From Octopus sinensis (lineage: Eukaryota), in assembly GCF_006345805.1 (NCBI RefSeq), contig NW_021835746.1:1-39326 (forward strand): a stretch of DNA of 39,326 bases. The letters run 5' to 3'. This document shows, one piece after another, positions 11,913-24,399 of the stretch. Position 1 is the stretch's first letter. Each line of letters opens with the position of its first letter. The notes below the pieces were generated by a model. That model saw nothing but the letters and a program-made list of their open reading frames with translations, did not search any database and had not been told where the DNA came from. Both the position numbers and the translations under genes were made by a program.

Positions 11913-11913
<1 letters not shown>

Positions 11914-12106
11914 GCACACATATATAACGGGATCATATATTGAGCATTTAACACCAAACACTGTATAATTTGCTAAACACTGAAGATGTATTTATATCAT
12001 TATACAATGTATCAACAAGCAATTAAGTAATCTTTGCAATAGTTTGACGAAACGCATGTATGTTTTATAAAGTATAAAATTTCGTATATATTTTCTGCAT
12101 TTTATT

Positions 12107-12250
12107 AGGTGCTGGTGTGATTGTGGCACGAAGTTTTACAGTCACATGGTTCTGGGTTCAGTCCTATGTGACATCTTGGGCAAATGTCTTCTACTATAGC
12201 TTCGGGCCACCAAAGGTCTTAGTGGTAGACAGAAACTGAAAAGAAGCCTG

Positions 12251-12294
<44 letters not shown>

Positions 12295-12515
12295 GTGTGT
12301 GTGTGTGTATGTGTGCGTGTAGGTCTGCGCTTGTGTATGTGTGTGTGCTCGTGTCTGTACTTGTCCCCGCCACCGCTTGAAACCAGTGTTGGTGTGTTTA
12401 CATCACTGTAATTAGCGATTTGGCAAAAGAGATCGATAAAATAAGTACCAGATTAAAAAAAATAATTACTGGGTTCAATTAGTTCGGATAATGACTGGAA
12501 CGAGTAAAAGATAAA
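12107..12515 (+). mobile_element. SINE family B, diverged full-length
   Basis: GGTTCAGTCC, TTGGGCAAATGTCTTCTACTATAGC, GAAACTGAAAAGAAGCCTGTC, (AT)n(GT)n, then a degenerate 3' half. Confidence 0.8.
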
Positions 12516-13648
12516 ACACACCCCACCACGCACACCACACACTTGCATCCATATGCAACGTCTTCAGCCTACACCCGTTAAATTAACAAGGCAAGTCATA
12601 TATCTCAACGAAAAATTATATTAATCAAATTAACCTAAAACTATACTATACAAAAGGTCATGAAGTGAATTAAACGAACCCTCAACAAGTCCAGAATCTG
12701 TAGAATCTTAAGAACCTGTGAAAAAGCTGAAAGATGTCTGCAGATAAACACTAGAAACTTATAAATGTGTAAACAGCCATACCTAAAAAATATAGTAATC
12801 AATCACATATCCTTAGAAACATCACCAAGATGTAAATTTAAGGAAACCGACAATTCTCTCCCCTGTTGTGTAATGGATAACAACGTGATAAATTGACATA
12901 ACTTCACATCAGAAGGGCTGCATATAGCGATGTAATGCCAATGAAATGAACGACCAGATACATACATACATACATACATACATACTACATACATACATAC
13001 ATACATACATACATACATACATACATACATAACATACTTAATGCCTGGAAAGACACTGAAATTCTATATATCATTGACGGAGAGATTCGGTTATGTCGCT
13101 ACCGGACGTCTGCAACTGAGGAGCTCAAGGTTGACAAATTCACGTGATCTAGCAATTCCGGACGCGTAGTAGATGGTTCTTCTCTGCCAATGATATAAAT
13201 ACGAATACTTTTATACACCACGAATCCATATGAGAGATCCTCTCAGGGTTAATAACGCAGTTTTCTGTGTTCTAATGCAAACAACCACTTTAATTTGGAG
13301 ATAAAGATTACACTTTGGTATTGATATGGCATTTGTCGTTAGTAATTGTATATATATATTCTGACTTTAAATCCTGATGTGTTTAAATTTGCGTTTTATC
13401 CTTTCGGAGTCTAAAAGAATAAATGCCAAACATATACAGGATCAATCGATTATACTATTTGAGTGGTACAATTAATTTGTCTTCCGGTTTAGCAATACCT
13501 CTACAATAAAGCCCTTGAGTATCTTTAGCAGGTTCTATTCCGTTTCCGGTCTGGTGAGAACTCGTAAATTGTGGTTCCTTCCTTCCATTCTTCCGTCACT
13601 TTAAGAAGCCTTAACAAAGGTCATAGAAGCTGCCTGCCTCTTTGCCCT

Positions 13649-13680
<32 letters not shown>

Positions 13681-14795
13681 ACTCTTTCTGGTTAACTCAG
13701 TGGTACTCGATCTTTTCATTACTAAGGATTCTTTTTATTTAAACGACGTTTTTTCTCAGATTCTAGGTTTCAGAAATGTCTGTCAACTCAATAAGCCGAT
13801 TTTTATTAACTAACAATAAACTCGTTGATTCAGTTTTCATCACTCTTTTGATATTTATATATGAACCAAACTTAGATATGAATATTTGTAAAGGTAAGCT
13901 CGTGTCGCGTTGAATCTGCAAACCGGTTTCGATATCAGATGGTGACGTTTTCATTTCTTATGTGATGACACTTTCTCTCAACTTATGAACATTACGCAAC
14001 AACATTTGCCTCCCTTTGTAAATATGTTCATTCTTTTATCCATGTAAGAAATCAATTTGTATTTGTTCATTGTATTCAAATATTCTTGTTAAATGAAATG
14101 AAGAAATACAATAAGCTAAGTTCGGCGGCGGGGTGCTACAAACATTCTGACAATGTTCGGTCGTCGAATCCACTCAATTACTGCCTAATTTAGAAGGTTT
14201 GACAAGAGATTTGTGTCTGCAACGATGTTAACTACACATCATATATTGTTATATTGCAATATTCGATGTGATGAAAAGGGGATGTAGTGTCGTTGTCGAG
14301 GCGGTTGTTTCTAAAGCTGTTATTGGAGAGGAAGAGATGTGGCTTTTAATGGAACAGCTATAATAAAATGGAACAATTTTCTAAATGAAGATTTCGTCTT
14401 AAAAGCGGGGATGGACCATTAAGAAGTCAAATAATTGAAACAAATTTAATTTCCTTCTCGCTCTTATTCGTTTTATTGGCCTTTCATTGCAAAGGCTTAG
14501 TTTAAAGTAACCATCGTTAACTGGGAAAGAGAAATCTCTCTTGTTTCCTGATTCATACGAAATGGCAAAACCATAGCAGAATATTCACTTTAGAATCTTA
14601 ACGGAAAAAGAAAAGCACCTACATCTTATTGATATGTTTGTTTCTATCTATTCGACTGTCATACTGTTCTTAATTTTTAAATTTTACTTATTTTTCATCT
14701 CTGTTGTAAATGACTTGCAGAAAAGAATCTACTTGAATCGATGAATTCTCAGTTTACCGATTCAATAGTTAATGTTTCGCATCCTGCACCACGTC

Positions 14796-14939
14796 CATAC
14801 CTCAGGCATTTAACAGTTTGATGGAGCAGTGCATACCTAAGATGTTTACCGGTTTGAAGGAGCAGCGCATACTTAGGACGTTTAACTGTTTGATAGAGCA
14901 TTTCGTACCTCGGGTATTTAACATTTTGATAGAACATTC
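14796..14939. repeat. 36-bp minisatellite, 4 diverged copies
   Basis: Units start at 14796, 14832, 14868 and 14904 (CATACCT.AG..TTTAAC.GTTTGA.GGAGCAG.G-like), with no indels. Confidence 0.9.
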
Positions 14940-15015
14940 ATCTAGTTGTAATTAGGTAAACAGCTATACTGTATTAGCGATGAATATTTTGTTAGCTTAT
15001 ATTGTAAAGATAAAA

Positions 15016-15247
15016 GGCGGCGAGCTGGTGGAAACGTTAGTACACCGGGCGAAATGCGTAGCCGTATTTCGTCCGCCGTTACGTTCTGAGTTCAAATTCC
15101 ACCGAGATCACACTTTGCCTTTCATCCTTTCGGGGTCGATAAATTAAGTACCAGTTACGCACTGGGGTCGATGTAATCGACTTAATCCGTTTTTCTGTCC
15201 TTGTTTGTCCCCTCTGTGTTTAGTCCCTTGTGGGTAGTAAAGAAATA
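15016..15247 (+). mobile_element. Full-length SINE family A (tail type 2) with 18-bp target-site duplication
   Basis: Head GGCGGCGAGCTGG, B-box-like GAGTTCAAATTC and core CTTTCATCCTTTCGGGGTCGATAAATTAAGTACCAG. The TSD TATATTGTAAAGATAAAA is at 14998-15015 and 15248-15265. Confidence 0.92.
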
Positions 15248-16575
15248 TATATTGTAAAGATAAAAAAAACGTGATTACAATAATTTTTCGCCGTAATTAT
15301 ATATGTTCTTGGGAGGATTTCTGAAGTTACAAGACATATATCAATTAAATAAAATTAATACTAGAATTACTAATTTTCCTATATTTCTCCATTTAATTAA
15401 AACTTTGCCTTAATTTAAAAAGCTGGCCAAATATTTCTAGTATTAAAAGTTCTCCTCACAAAATATCCTGACATCTGTCAAGAAATCTTAAGAGGTAAAA
15501 CGTTCGCTTGGAAAGTGGTTGATACAAAGCTCGGTTCCCGATAGGGGGGGGGGCTGTTAATATTTTCTGCCTAACTTTAGTGTTTGTAATGTCTGATATC
15601 GTATTGTATACCTTCTTTAGACACATCGACAGACTAAGCCAACGATACACTTAAAAACAGATCTTACTTTAGTATATTGCCACGCGTACGTTTTTGTTTT
15701 ATGTTCATCATCTATTCTCACTTGCTTCACATACAAAACGCTTACACAAGCCTAGTCAATTAGGTGGTTTCCAACGACTTAGAATTTTTCAGCCGATCAA
15801 TTTTGTCCTTATTTATCAACAGAACTTACTTTCATTTGCGTAGGTGCACTAACAAACTGCAAGTTTAATGAAGCTGATTATTTTTAGGAGGAGAAGAGTG
15901 TTTAATAAAGGAGGCTTGGGCCAAGAACATAACTAATTGTAAAGTTACTGAAAATTTTTATTTATTTGGATGCATGCAAGTTATCTTGTTACTATTTTTC
16001 TTTGCAACATTAATAGATTTACTGGCATTAGGATAACTTGTATATGAATAAGCTGAAACGTTATGTAAATATGTGTTATAATTTTTTACGGTGTATGTAG
16101 GTGATATTTTCATGTTAACGTATTTTGAAAGTGCTGGTTATCATCAATGCAGGCATCATTTAACGTAGGCATCTGTACAACCAATAATCTACCAGATTCT
16201 TCGTAGTTCAGATACCCGTATTAAATTTAGCACTTAGCCAATAGGAGAATAGATATTTTCCTCCGTGTTAGATTTCCATTTGGAAATAATTTTAGAGCAG
16301 AGTAAAGCATAAACTATTCCAATGTGTCTATTTCAAGTCTTGCCTTCCTTACTATTTCTAAAACTTTATATATCATCACTGAAATTAATTACATTGAAAG
16401 TTAATGGTGCAAGGGAGAGCTTTAAAACTGGTTAATAGAAGTAGTTTTATGTACCCATAATCTTTTATTGGAATTCCACCTGAAAAGAAAGGAATGAATT
16501 AAGCATCAATCACTTAAGTGGAAGTGTTACCAATGCGATTAGATCGACAAGGTATGAGCTAACAAATCCAACTCA

Positions 16576-16677
<102 letters not shown>

Positions 16678-18056
16678 CTGTGTGTGTGCGTATGTGTGTG
16701 TGGTGTGTGTATGTGTGTGTGTGCGTGTGTGTAATTTATATATATATATATGTTGTGTATGTATACTCACACACACATGCAAACACACACATATACATAT
16801 AATAAATAAACTTAATAATACGGTTTCCAGCTGAGTCAGATTTCGCGGGAACCTTGGGAAAATGTCATCTACCATGCCCTTGCTTACCAAAGTCTCAGGT
16901 GATTGTATTTGGTAGGCAGAAACGGTGCAGAAGCCCATTGTGTGTGTGTGTATGTGTGCGTCGTTCGTATATTTTAGCAATGCAGGATGTAAATATCGGC
17001 AAGAAAACCGAATTATACGGTGCAGTTCGAATGATTACTCCTTGTGATGTTTTGCCCCGGTTTACACCTTGTAACTTTCACTGTCGAAAATGAAATGAAC
17101 CAGTGACTAACCAAATGAAACCCTGTAGTTAACGAAGCTCATGTTCATCAGTCGCTATAAAATATGGTAAGTAAATATTGTTCGATTCAAAATGTCGCCA
17201 AATGATACCGAATTTGCGTCAAATACTTATTTTTCTTGTTATTGCATAATGAGAGATAGTGAGAGGAAAAAAGCAGCGCTCAATTATCTTTTAGTAGGTC
17301 TCTGAGACTGGTAGAGGAAAAGAAAGACGACCCCACAAACCATGAGACCTGCTTGCAAAATATTAGACTCTGTCTAAGACTCCCAAAGTATTAGACTGGG
17401 CGACTGATTAAGTCTGCCACTAGGGAATGTGTATTATGTATCCGACGGCCTTAGGCACAGTTTCCGTCTATCCACTACTACTCAAACGGCTTAGGTCGAC
17501 AGAGCCATACACACTTGCCAAACGTTGCAGATATTCAGATCGAGTATCGTCACATGTGATTGTGTGGTGAAATTCTGAAGTCCACGGCCATACTTACACA
17601 CTAGTGTTTGCTCTGTGGTTGTCCGCTTTTTTTTTTATAGTGAAAATATCTCTTTAGTGCGTGGTTCCACTAGTGCTGCTGGTATTACTGGGATCGTTGC
17701 TGCAGTTGTTACACAGCTAGTATTGTGGCTGTTGTTGATATTGTTGTTATGGTTGGGATGTCGGTAACAGTGCAGGTTCATGTAGAGCCGGTTTTATTTT
17801 GTGTGCAGAAGGCTCTCAGACGGTTTCTACTGTGACAAATATAGTACCTGGGAATTCTAAACCCCCACTACAACTTGCAGCTGAGAGCCGTTTGGAAGTT
17901 TTACCTGATTGTAGATATTTACGCGCTACTATTTATAGTTTTATCTGCTTCGAGTTTCACCGTTCCAAACAAGAATTACTTCTCTCGAAGTTTCTAAATC
18001 GTTATGATACCATCGACATGCAGTTCTTACTGACAACAATAAAGACAGAGAAATTT

Positions 18057-18165
18057 TTTCTACTCTAGGCACAAGGCTCAAAATTTTTGGTACTTAATTC
18101 ATCGACCCCGAAAGGGTGAAATACAAAGTTGACCTCGGCGGAATTTGAACTAAGAATGAAAAGAC
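18057..18165 (-). mobile_element. SINE family A partial, internally deleted copy
   Basis: CTAGGCACAAGG...ATCGACCCCGAAAGGGTGAAATACAAAGTTGACCTCGGCGGAATTTGAACT. Confidence 0.8.
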
Positions 18166-18404
18166 ACAAAATAAAAGACAGAAATTCGAAGGATTGCTTT
18201 TGGTTCAATGGCAGAACGCCTTCTATGTTTACAGGAGAAGCAGGTTTGAATCACCGAACAGGCGACGACTTTTTCTATTCAAAGTTACTTTTTAACCCAA
18301 TATTTACATACTATCATTTATAGCTTTATCTACTTCGAGCTTCACCGCTCCAGAAATACACACACACACACACCCACGCACCCCCACACACATATTAAAC
18401 GATC

Positions 18405-18634
18405 ACAGGTCTTTCCCGTACCATAGGCTCATAAAGCCGGTTTCCTGGATTCTGTGGCCCACAACCTGGACGGGAGGCTGGTATTTCGCAGGATTACTCA
18501 TTTCTGCAAGCTGAGTGGACAGGGGAAAATGTAAAATGTACTGGTTCACTTAAGACCACAACCCATCGCCCCCGTCCAAGAATCGAAGCCACACTCTTAC
18601 GATCGTGAGTGCAACACCCTAACCACTAAGCCAC
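18405..18634 (-). mobile_element. tRNA-derived SINE family C
   Basis: Minus-strand head GTGGCTTAGTGGTTAGGGTGTTGCACTCACGATCG..GCTTCGATTC (A and B boxes). A duplicate copy lies at 19459-19687 and a diverged relative at 27496-27738. Confidence 0.8.
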
Positions 18635-18773
18635 TTACTCCCCATATGTATGTGCGTGTGTTGTGTGTGTGTGTGTGTGTGTGTGTGAGTGTGTGTGTGT
18701 GTTAGCAAAAGAAGAGGATTACGTAACTCCTGCTGTTTATTCATTACACTGAATTACGATGTTTATAGTAACA

Positions 18774-18804
<31 letters not shown>

Positions 18805-19049
18805 CCACCACCACCATCGCCACCACCACCATCATCATCATCGTCATCATTGTCGTCGTCTCGTCAGCATCCCCATGATTGTTATTGTTATTGTTATTTT
18901 TTTTTAATCGTTGTTGTCATCACAGTTAAACTTTTAGTTTCAGTTTTCTTCACCATGACGACGACAACGACGATGACGACGACGTCTAACAAAGACAAAA
19001 GAAGACACAACTTTCATCTCCTCCTTTACTCAGTCCTCCTCCTCATCCA

Positions 19050-19092
<43 letters not shown>

Positions 19093-19383
19093 TCACCACC
19101 ACCACCATCATCACGAACACCACTATGACGACGACAACCCCTCTACCCTCCAACGGCAGAAGTACCATCATCCTCGCCCTCACCCCCACCATCTCCACTG
19201 AAATTATCATCATCATGAAAATCATTCAATTTATTTGTTCATTATTAAATTTTGTGTAACTTTTTAAAAATGTATTATGATATATTTCTTTATATTATCA
19301 AATATGATCTAGCAATAATTTTCTATTAAAACAGTAATTTGGCTTTCGTTTATATTCGCTTATATAATGTGTATACATACATA

Positions 19384-19427
<44 letters not shown>

Positions 19428-19458
19428 CCACGCCCCCCCACACACATATTAAACGATC

Positions 19459-19687
19459 ACAGGTCTTTCCCGTACCATAGGCTCATAAAGCCGGTTTCCT
19501 GGTTCCTGTGGCCCACAACCTGGACGGGAGGCTGGTATTTCGCAGGATTACTCATTTCTGCAAGCTGAGTGGACAGGGGAAAATGTAAAATGTACTGGTT
19601 CACTTAGACCACAACCCATCGCCCCCGTCCAAGAATCGAAGCCACACTCTTACGATCGTGAGTGCAACACCCTAACCACTAAGCCAC
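19459..19687 (-). mobile_element. tRNA-derived SINE family C (copy within the tandem duplication)
   Basis: Near-identical to 18405-18634. Confidence 0.8.
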
Positions 19688-19702
19688 TTACTTCCATATG
19701 TA

Positions 19703-19741
<39 letters not shown>

Positions 19742-19827
19742 AGTGTGTGTGTGTGTTAGCAAAAGAAGAGGATTACGTAACTCCTGCTGTTTATTCATTA
19801 CACTGAATTACGATGTTTATAGTAACA

Positions 19828-19858
<31 letters not shown>

Positions 19859-20104
19859 CCACCACCACCATCGCCACCACCACCATCATCATCATCGTCA
19901 TCATTGTCGTCATTCTCGTCAGCATCCCCATGATTGTTATTGTTATTGTTATTTTTTTTTAATCGTTGTTGTCATCACAGTTAAACTTTTAGTTTCAGTT
20001 TTCTTCACCATGACGACGACAACGACGACGACGACGACGTCTAACAAAGACAAAAGAAGACACAACTTTCATCTCCTCCTTTACTCAGTCCTCCTCCTCA
20101 TCCA

Positions 20105-20165
<61 letters not shown>

Positions 20166-20562
20166 TCACCACCACCACCATCATCACGAACACCACTATG
20201 ACGACGACAACCCCTCTACCCTCCAACGGCAGAAGTACCATCATCCTCGCCCTCACCCCCACCATCTCCACTGAAATTATCATCATCATGAAAATCATTC
20301 AATTTATTTGTTCATTATTAAATTTTGTGTAACTTTTTAAAAATGTATTATGATAATTTCTTTATATTATCAAAATGATCTAGCAATAATTTTCTATTAA
20401 AACAGTAATTTGGCTTTCGTTTATATTCGCTTATATACATGTGTATACATACATAATACCCACACACACACCACACACACACACACCACACACATATATA
20501 TATATATATATTATATATATATTATATACAATATATATATGCATATATATATACATATATGT

Positions 20563-20608
<46 letters not shown>

Positions 20609-20647
20609 TGTGTGTATATATGTATATGTGTGATATATATACATTTA

Positions 20648-20688
<41 letters not shown>

Positions 20689-21117
20689 ATATATAATATA
20701 TTATCATATAGGTATGTAATATATACACATGTATAGTATAAACATGTGTGTACATATATATGTATATGTGTACGTTGTTAGATTTTTCGAGTTTCTACTC
20801 TTTTCTTCGCATTTCGACGTTTTAAGAATCTCCTGATGTCTATTTAATAATAACTAAAAGGTAATTTATATTTCTAGAATGTTCATTAAGCAATAATTAA
20901 TTATCAACTTTTCCTTCAGCATAATAAATATGTAACGGATTACACCAAATATCTAATTAACTCACTTTGACAGACATACGCATCGTACACCCATGTATGC
21001 GCACACACACACACAGACACACAGACACACACACACACACACATATATAAATATACATATACAAATATGTATACATATGCATATATATATGTATATATGT
21101 ACACATATATGCATATA

Positions 21118-21159
<42 letters not shown>

Positions 21160-21359
21160 TGCGTAGAGCCATATTTATATTCAAACACACTCATATACAC
21201 ATACGCGCGCGCATGCACCCTACGCACACGCACGCACGCATGCGCACACACAAATACATACTTGCACACACGTTTGGCTTTCTATTTTGATTTCGTTGTT
21301 TCAGTCGGCTTATTTTATTTTTTTTTTCTCTTCTTCTTCTTCAAATTTTAAAATGTGTT

Positions 21360-21653
21360 TACATAATAATTTTCTTTGTTCGACTTGCTGCTGACGGTGG
21401 CAACAGCAACAATAACAACAGTAGCAACAACAAGAACAACAACAAAAAGTTTACAGCAAAAATACTATAAAAGGAAAGAGAAACAACAATGGCGACGGGG
21501 CGACGGCGACGACGACTGTGAGAACGTAAGCCAATAACAACATGGACGTCTACAGCAACAGTCACAAAGACATTATGAATTGAAATTAATCATAATTATT
21601 ATGACATCGGCTGGAGTGAAAAGGCGGACGGTGATGCTGACAACGACGACGAC

Positions 21654-21684
<31 letters not shown>

Positions 21685-21769
21685 TGGTGTTGATGGTGGA
21701 GATAGCAGCGGCGATGATAACAAAAGATAATGATGTTGATCGTCGTTTCATGTGTTGTGATGAAGATGC

Positions 21770-21803
<34 letters not shown>

Positions 21804-22069
21804 AATGATGGTGGTGGTAGTGATGGTGTTGGTGAGGGTGGGGGGTACTTACAACGTTCGTCGTGTTGGTGGTGATGACAAGTTTTGGTAACGGCGGAAC
21901 TGGTGTTAATGACGATAATGAAGGGTGGGGCAGGTGATGAAAATGATAATGATGATGATGATGATGATGATGATGGTGATGATAATAACGTCGGCGTGAC
22001 GTTTATTATAAAAAATTGTCTGTACCAGAATGTCAGCAATAAATATTCCGAAACAACAACAGCAATATA

Positions 22070-22144
<75 letters not shown>

Positions 22145-22145
22145 A
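21360..22145. repeat. Compound (CAA)/(GAT)/(CTA) trinucleotide tract
   Basis: (GAT)n at 21654-21680, 21769-21801 and 21948-21975, and (CTA)n at ~22071-22143. Confidence 0.93.
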
Positions 22146-22202
22146 GTAAAATTTCCACATTTCTTTTTTTATTTTTCTAAAATTTTCGTTGCGTCTTGTA
22201 AC

Positions 22203-22252
<50 letters not shown>

Positions 22253-22264
22253 GTATATGTATAT

Positions 22265-22467
22265 GTCTGTGTGTCTATGTTTACCCCCCACCACGATCAC
22301 TTGACAATCGATGTTGGTGTGTTCGCGTTCCCGTAACTTAGCTGTTCGGCAAAAGACACCGATAGAATAAGTACTAGGCTTACAAAGAATAAGTCCCGGG
22401 GTCGATTTGTTTGACAAAAAGCGGTGCTCCAGCATGGCCGCTGTCAAATGACTGAAACAAGTAAAAT
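22265..22467 (+). mobile_element. SINE family B 3' half
   Basis: CCACGATCACTTGACAATCGATG...AGAATAAGTACTAGGCTTACAAAGAATAAGTCC...CCAGCATGGCCGCTGTCAAATGACTGAAACAAG. Confidence 0.85.
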
Positions 22468-22630
22468 AATATTATAGGAAGTATGCGATAACATGAATGA
22501 TGCAATCTTCCTGATGGAGGAGAAACTCTTATTAAGGACTATCAAAGAACCCCACAGATCCAGGATTACTCTGATAACCAAAAGTACGAGCCCTCTCTAC
22601 CGCATTCCAATCTACCGTGTCCGTGACTAA

Positions 22631-22888
22631 TCGACTGGCCCCCTCCCCCAAAATTTCGGGCCTTGTGCCTTGAGTAGGAAGGAATATTCTAACGTTGTAA
22701 CTTTATTATTATTATCCGCTTCCTTCACTCTGATGATGGTTTATAGTGATATTGATAGCAACTTAAGTTGAGCAGACAGCTTCTGGTGGATCAAACGTGT
22801 TCCACTGGTCAGAACGTCTCACTGTTGCTCTGGTTGATACTGCGCTGGCATACGTTGAGTCTTCAGCATTTGGACAAATTCACGGACA
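22631..22888 (+). repeat. First copy of the duplicated SINE-tail/(TTA)n/LINE-fragment block
   Basis: Shares TCGACTG.CCCC..AAATTTCGGGCCTTGTGCCTTGAGTAG..TATTCTAACGTTGTAACT(TTA)n..CCGCTTCCTTCACTCTGATGAT.. with 23981-24346. Confidence 0.8.
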
Positions 22889-23078
22889 CAGCACATGCTT
22901 ACGGTAAGGCCATTCACTCCAACAATTTTTATCACAGTCACTCATCTTTTCATGAATTCACTGGGAGGTAGCACGTTCTTCTCCATCCTTACTTTCCATA
23001 CCAATAATAACAGAAATAAAAATTAATAGTAGTTCTAATAGCGGTATAAACTGTAATAGTAGTTGAAATAATCCTTTC

Positions 23079-23268
23079 TACTTTAGGCACAAAGCCTAAA
23101 ATTGTAGGGAGAGGCGATAGTTGATTTCATCGACCCCAGTGCATAACTGGTACTTATTTTATCGACGCTGAAAAAATGAAAGGTAAAGTTGACCTCGGCA
23201 GAATTGAACCCAGGACGAAATGCTAAGCATTTCGCCCGGCCTCCTAACGATTCTGCCAGTTCGCCGAC
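23079..23268 (-). mobile_element. SINE family A (tail type 1)
   Basis: Tail TTAGGCACAAAGCC, core and head (GCTAAGCATTTCGCCCGG...CTGCCAGTTCGCCG) are all present. Confidence 0.85.
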
Positions 23269-23449
23269 TTTGCTATGGAAGTAATACCAATACAAAATAT
23301 TAATCATTATCAATATTTTGAAGTTTTTAAATTTATTGAATTGAACTTTAACCTAATATAGACACGAAAAGTTTTGAATTACGTTCTGGGGTTACGTAGA
23401 GTAAAAGAAAACAACCCCAATAAAACTGTAAACTATCATTAGCCATCAA

Positions 23450-23738
23450 TCTCTTCCTCTCCTTTTCGCTTTTTCTACTCTCCTCCTCCCCCTCCTCCCC
23501 CTCGTCCTCCTCGTCGTCATCGCCGTCGTCGTCGTCGTCCTCCACCTCCTCCTCCTCGTTCTCTCCCTCGTCTTCGTCCTCCTCCTTGTTGCCTTTATCA
23601 GTGTTACCCTCATCACTGTCAGCATCATCTACTGCAACCACCTCTACGCCATCATCTTCACCACCTTCTCCTCATTACCATCAGCACCATCATAATTGTC
23701 GTCGTAATGATGATGGTGGTGGTGGTCGTCATCATCAC

Positions 23739-23794
<56 letters not shown>

Positions 23795-23795
23795 A
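23450..23795. repeat. Compound (TCC)/(TCG)/(CAT) trinucleotide tract
   Basis: (CAT)n at ~23730-23793 and TCC/TCG runs at 23480-23585. Confidence 0.93.
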
Positions 23796-23816
23796 TATCA
23801 CTATACCCACCTACTG

Positions 23817-24040
23817 AAGCGGTGAGCTAGCAGAAGCGTTACCATGCGAGGAAAAGAAACGTTTGGTGGCATTTCTTTCAACGTTACGTTCTCGGTTCAA
23901 ATGCTGCTGAGTTCGACTTTGCCTTTCATCCTATCGGGGTCGATAAATTATGTACCAGCTGCATACTGGAATCGATGTAATCGACTGACCCCTCCCCCAA
24001 CCTCCACCAAAATTTCGGGCCTTGTGCCTTGAGTAGAAAA
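23817..24040 (+). mobile_element. SINE family A (tail type 1), diverged
   Basis: AAGCGGTGAGCTAGCAGAA...CTTTGCCTTTCATCCTATCGGGGTCGATAAAT...AAATTTCGGGCCTTGTGCCTTGAGTAGAAAAG. Confidence 0.85.
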
Positions 24041-24346
24041 GTATATTCTAACGTTGTAACTATTATTATTATTATTATATCCGCTTCCTTCACTCTGATG
24101 ATAGTTTCTCGTGATATTGACAGCAACTTAAGTTATCTGAAGAACCTGAACAGACAGCTTCTGGTGGATCAAATGTGTTCCAATGGTCAGAACGTCTCAC
24201 TATTGCTCTGGTTTATCTGAAGAACCTGAGCAGACAGGTTCTGGTGGATCAAACTTGTTCCACTGGTCAGAACGTCTCACTGTTGTTCTGGTTGATACTG
24301 CGCTGACATACGTTGTGTCTTCATCATTTTGACAAATTCTCGGACA
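23981..24346 (+). repeat. Second copy of a locally duplicated block (SINE-A tail + (TTA)n + LINE-like fragment) with an internal ~79-bp tandem duplication
   Basis: Aligns to 22631-22888. The unit ATCTGAAGAACCTGA..CAGAACGTCTCACT..TCTGGTT occurs twice (24136-24214, 24215-24293). The plus frame IVSRDIDSNLSYLKN..ASG.DQ...SERLTIAL resembles the R4 pre-RT region. Confidence 0.8.
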
Positions 24347-24399
24347 TTGGACAAGTGTGGCCGTTTTTTCGTTAGCAGCATTTTTCCTCAGCTCATTTC

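Larger units (their letters stand above)
18358..20460. repeat. Tandem duplication of a ~1.06-kb unit (two copies)
   Basis: The offset is 1054 bp at the start (GATCAC at 18401/19455) and 1071 bp at the end (AACAG at 19330/20401). The copies are near-identical except for microsatellite lengths, small indels and a few substitutions. Boundaries lie in (CA)n tracts. Confidence 0.95.

Noticed and set aside
16455-16479. Strong minus-strand acceptor (TTCCTTTCTTTTCAG|GTGG)
   Set aside because: There is no convincing donor before stops are reached.
18689-20298. Duplicated poly-His/poly-Leu ORFs
   Set aside because: They come from (CAT)n/(CAC)n/(CTA)n tracts inside the tandem duplication.
22700-22990. 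Minus-strand reading as a Cys-rich host exon or as a LINE C-terminus with a (TAA)n tail
   Set aside because: It has internal stops. The exact 22-bp match of the sister copy to the LINE pre-RT region favours the plus-strand LINE-fragment reading, though the orientation remains uncertain.
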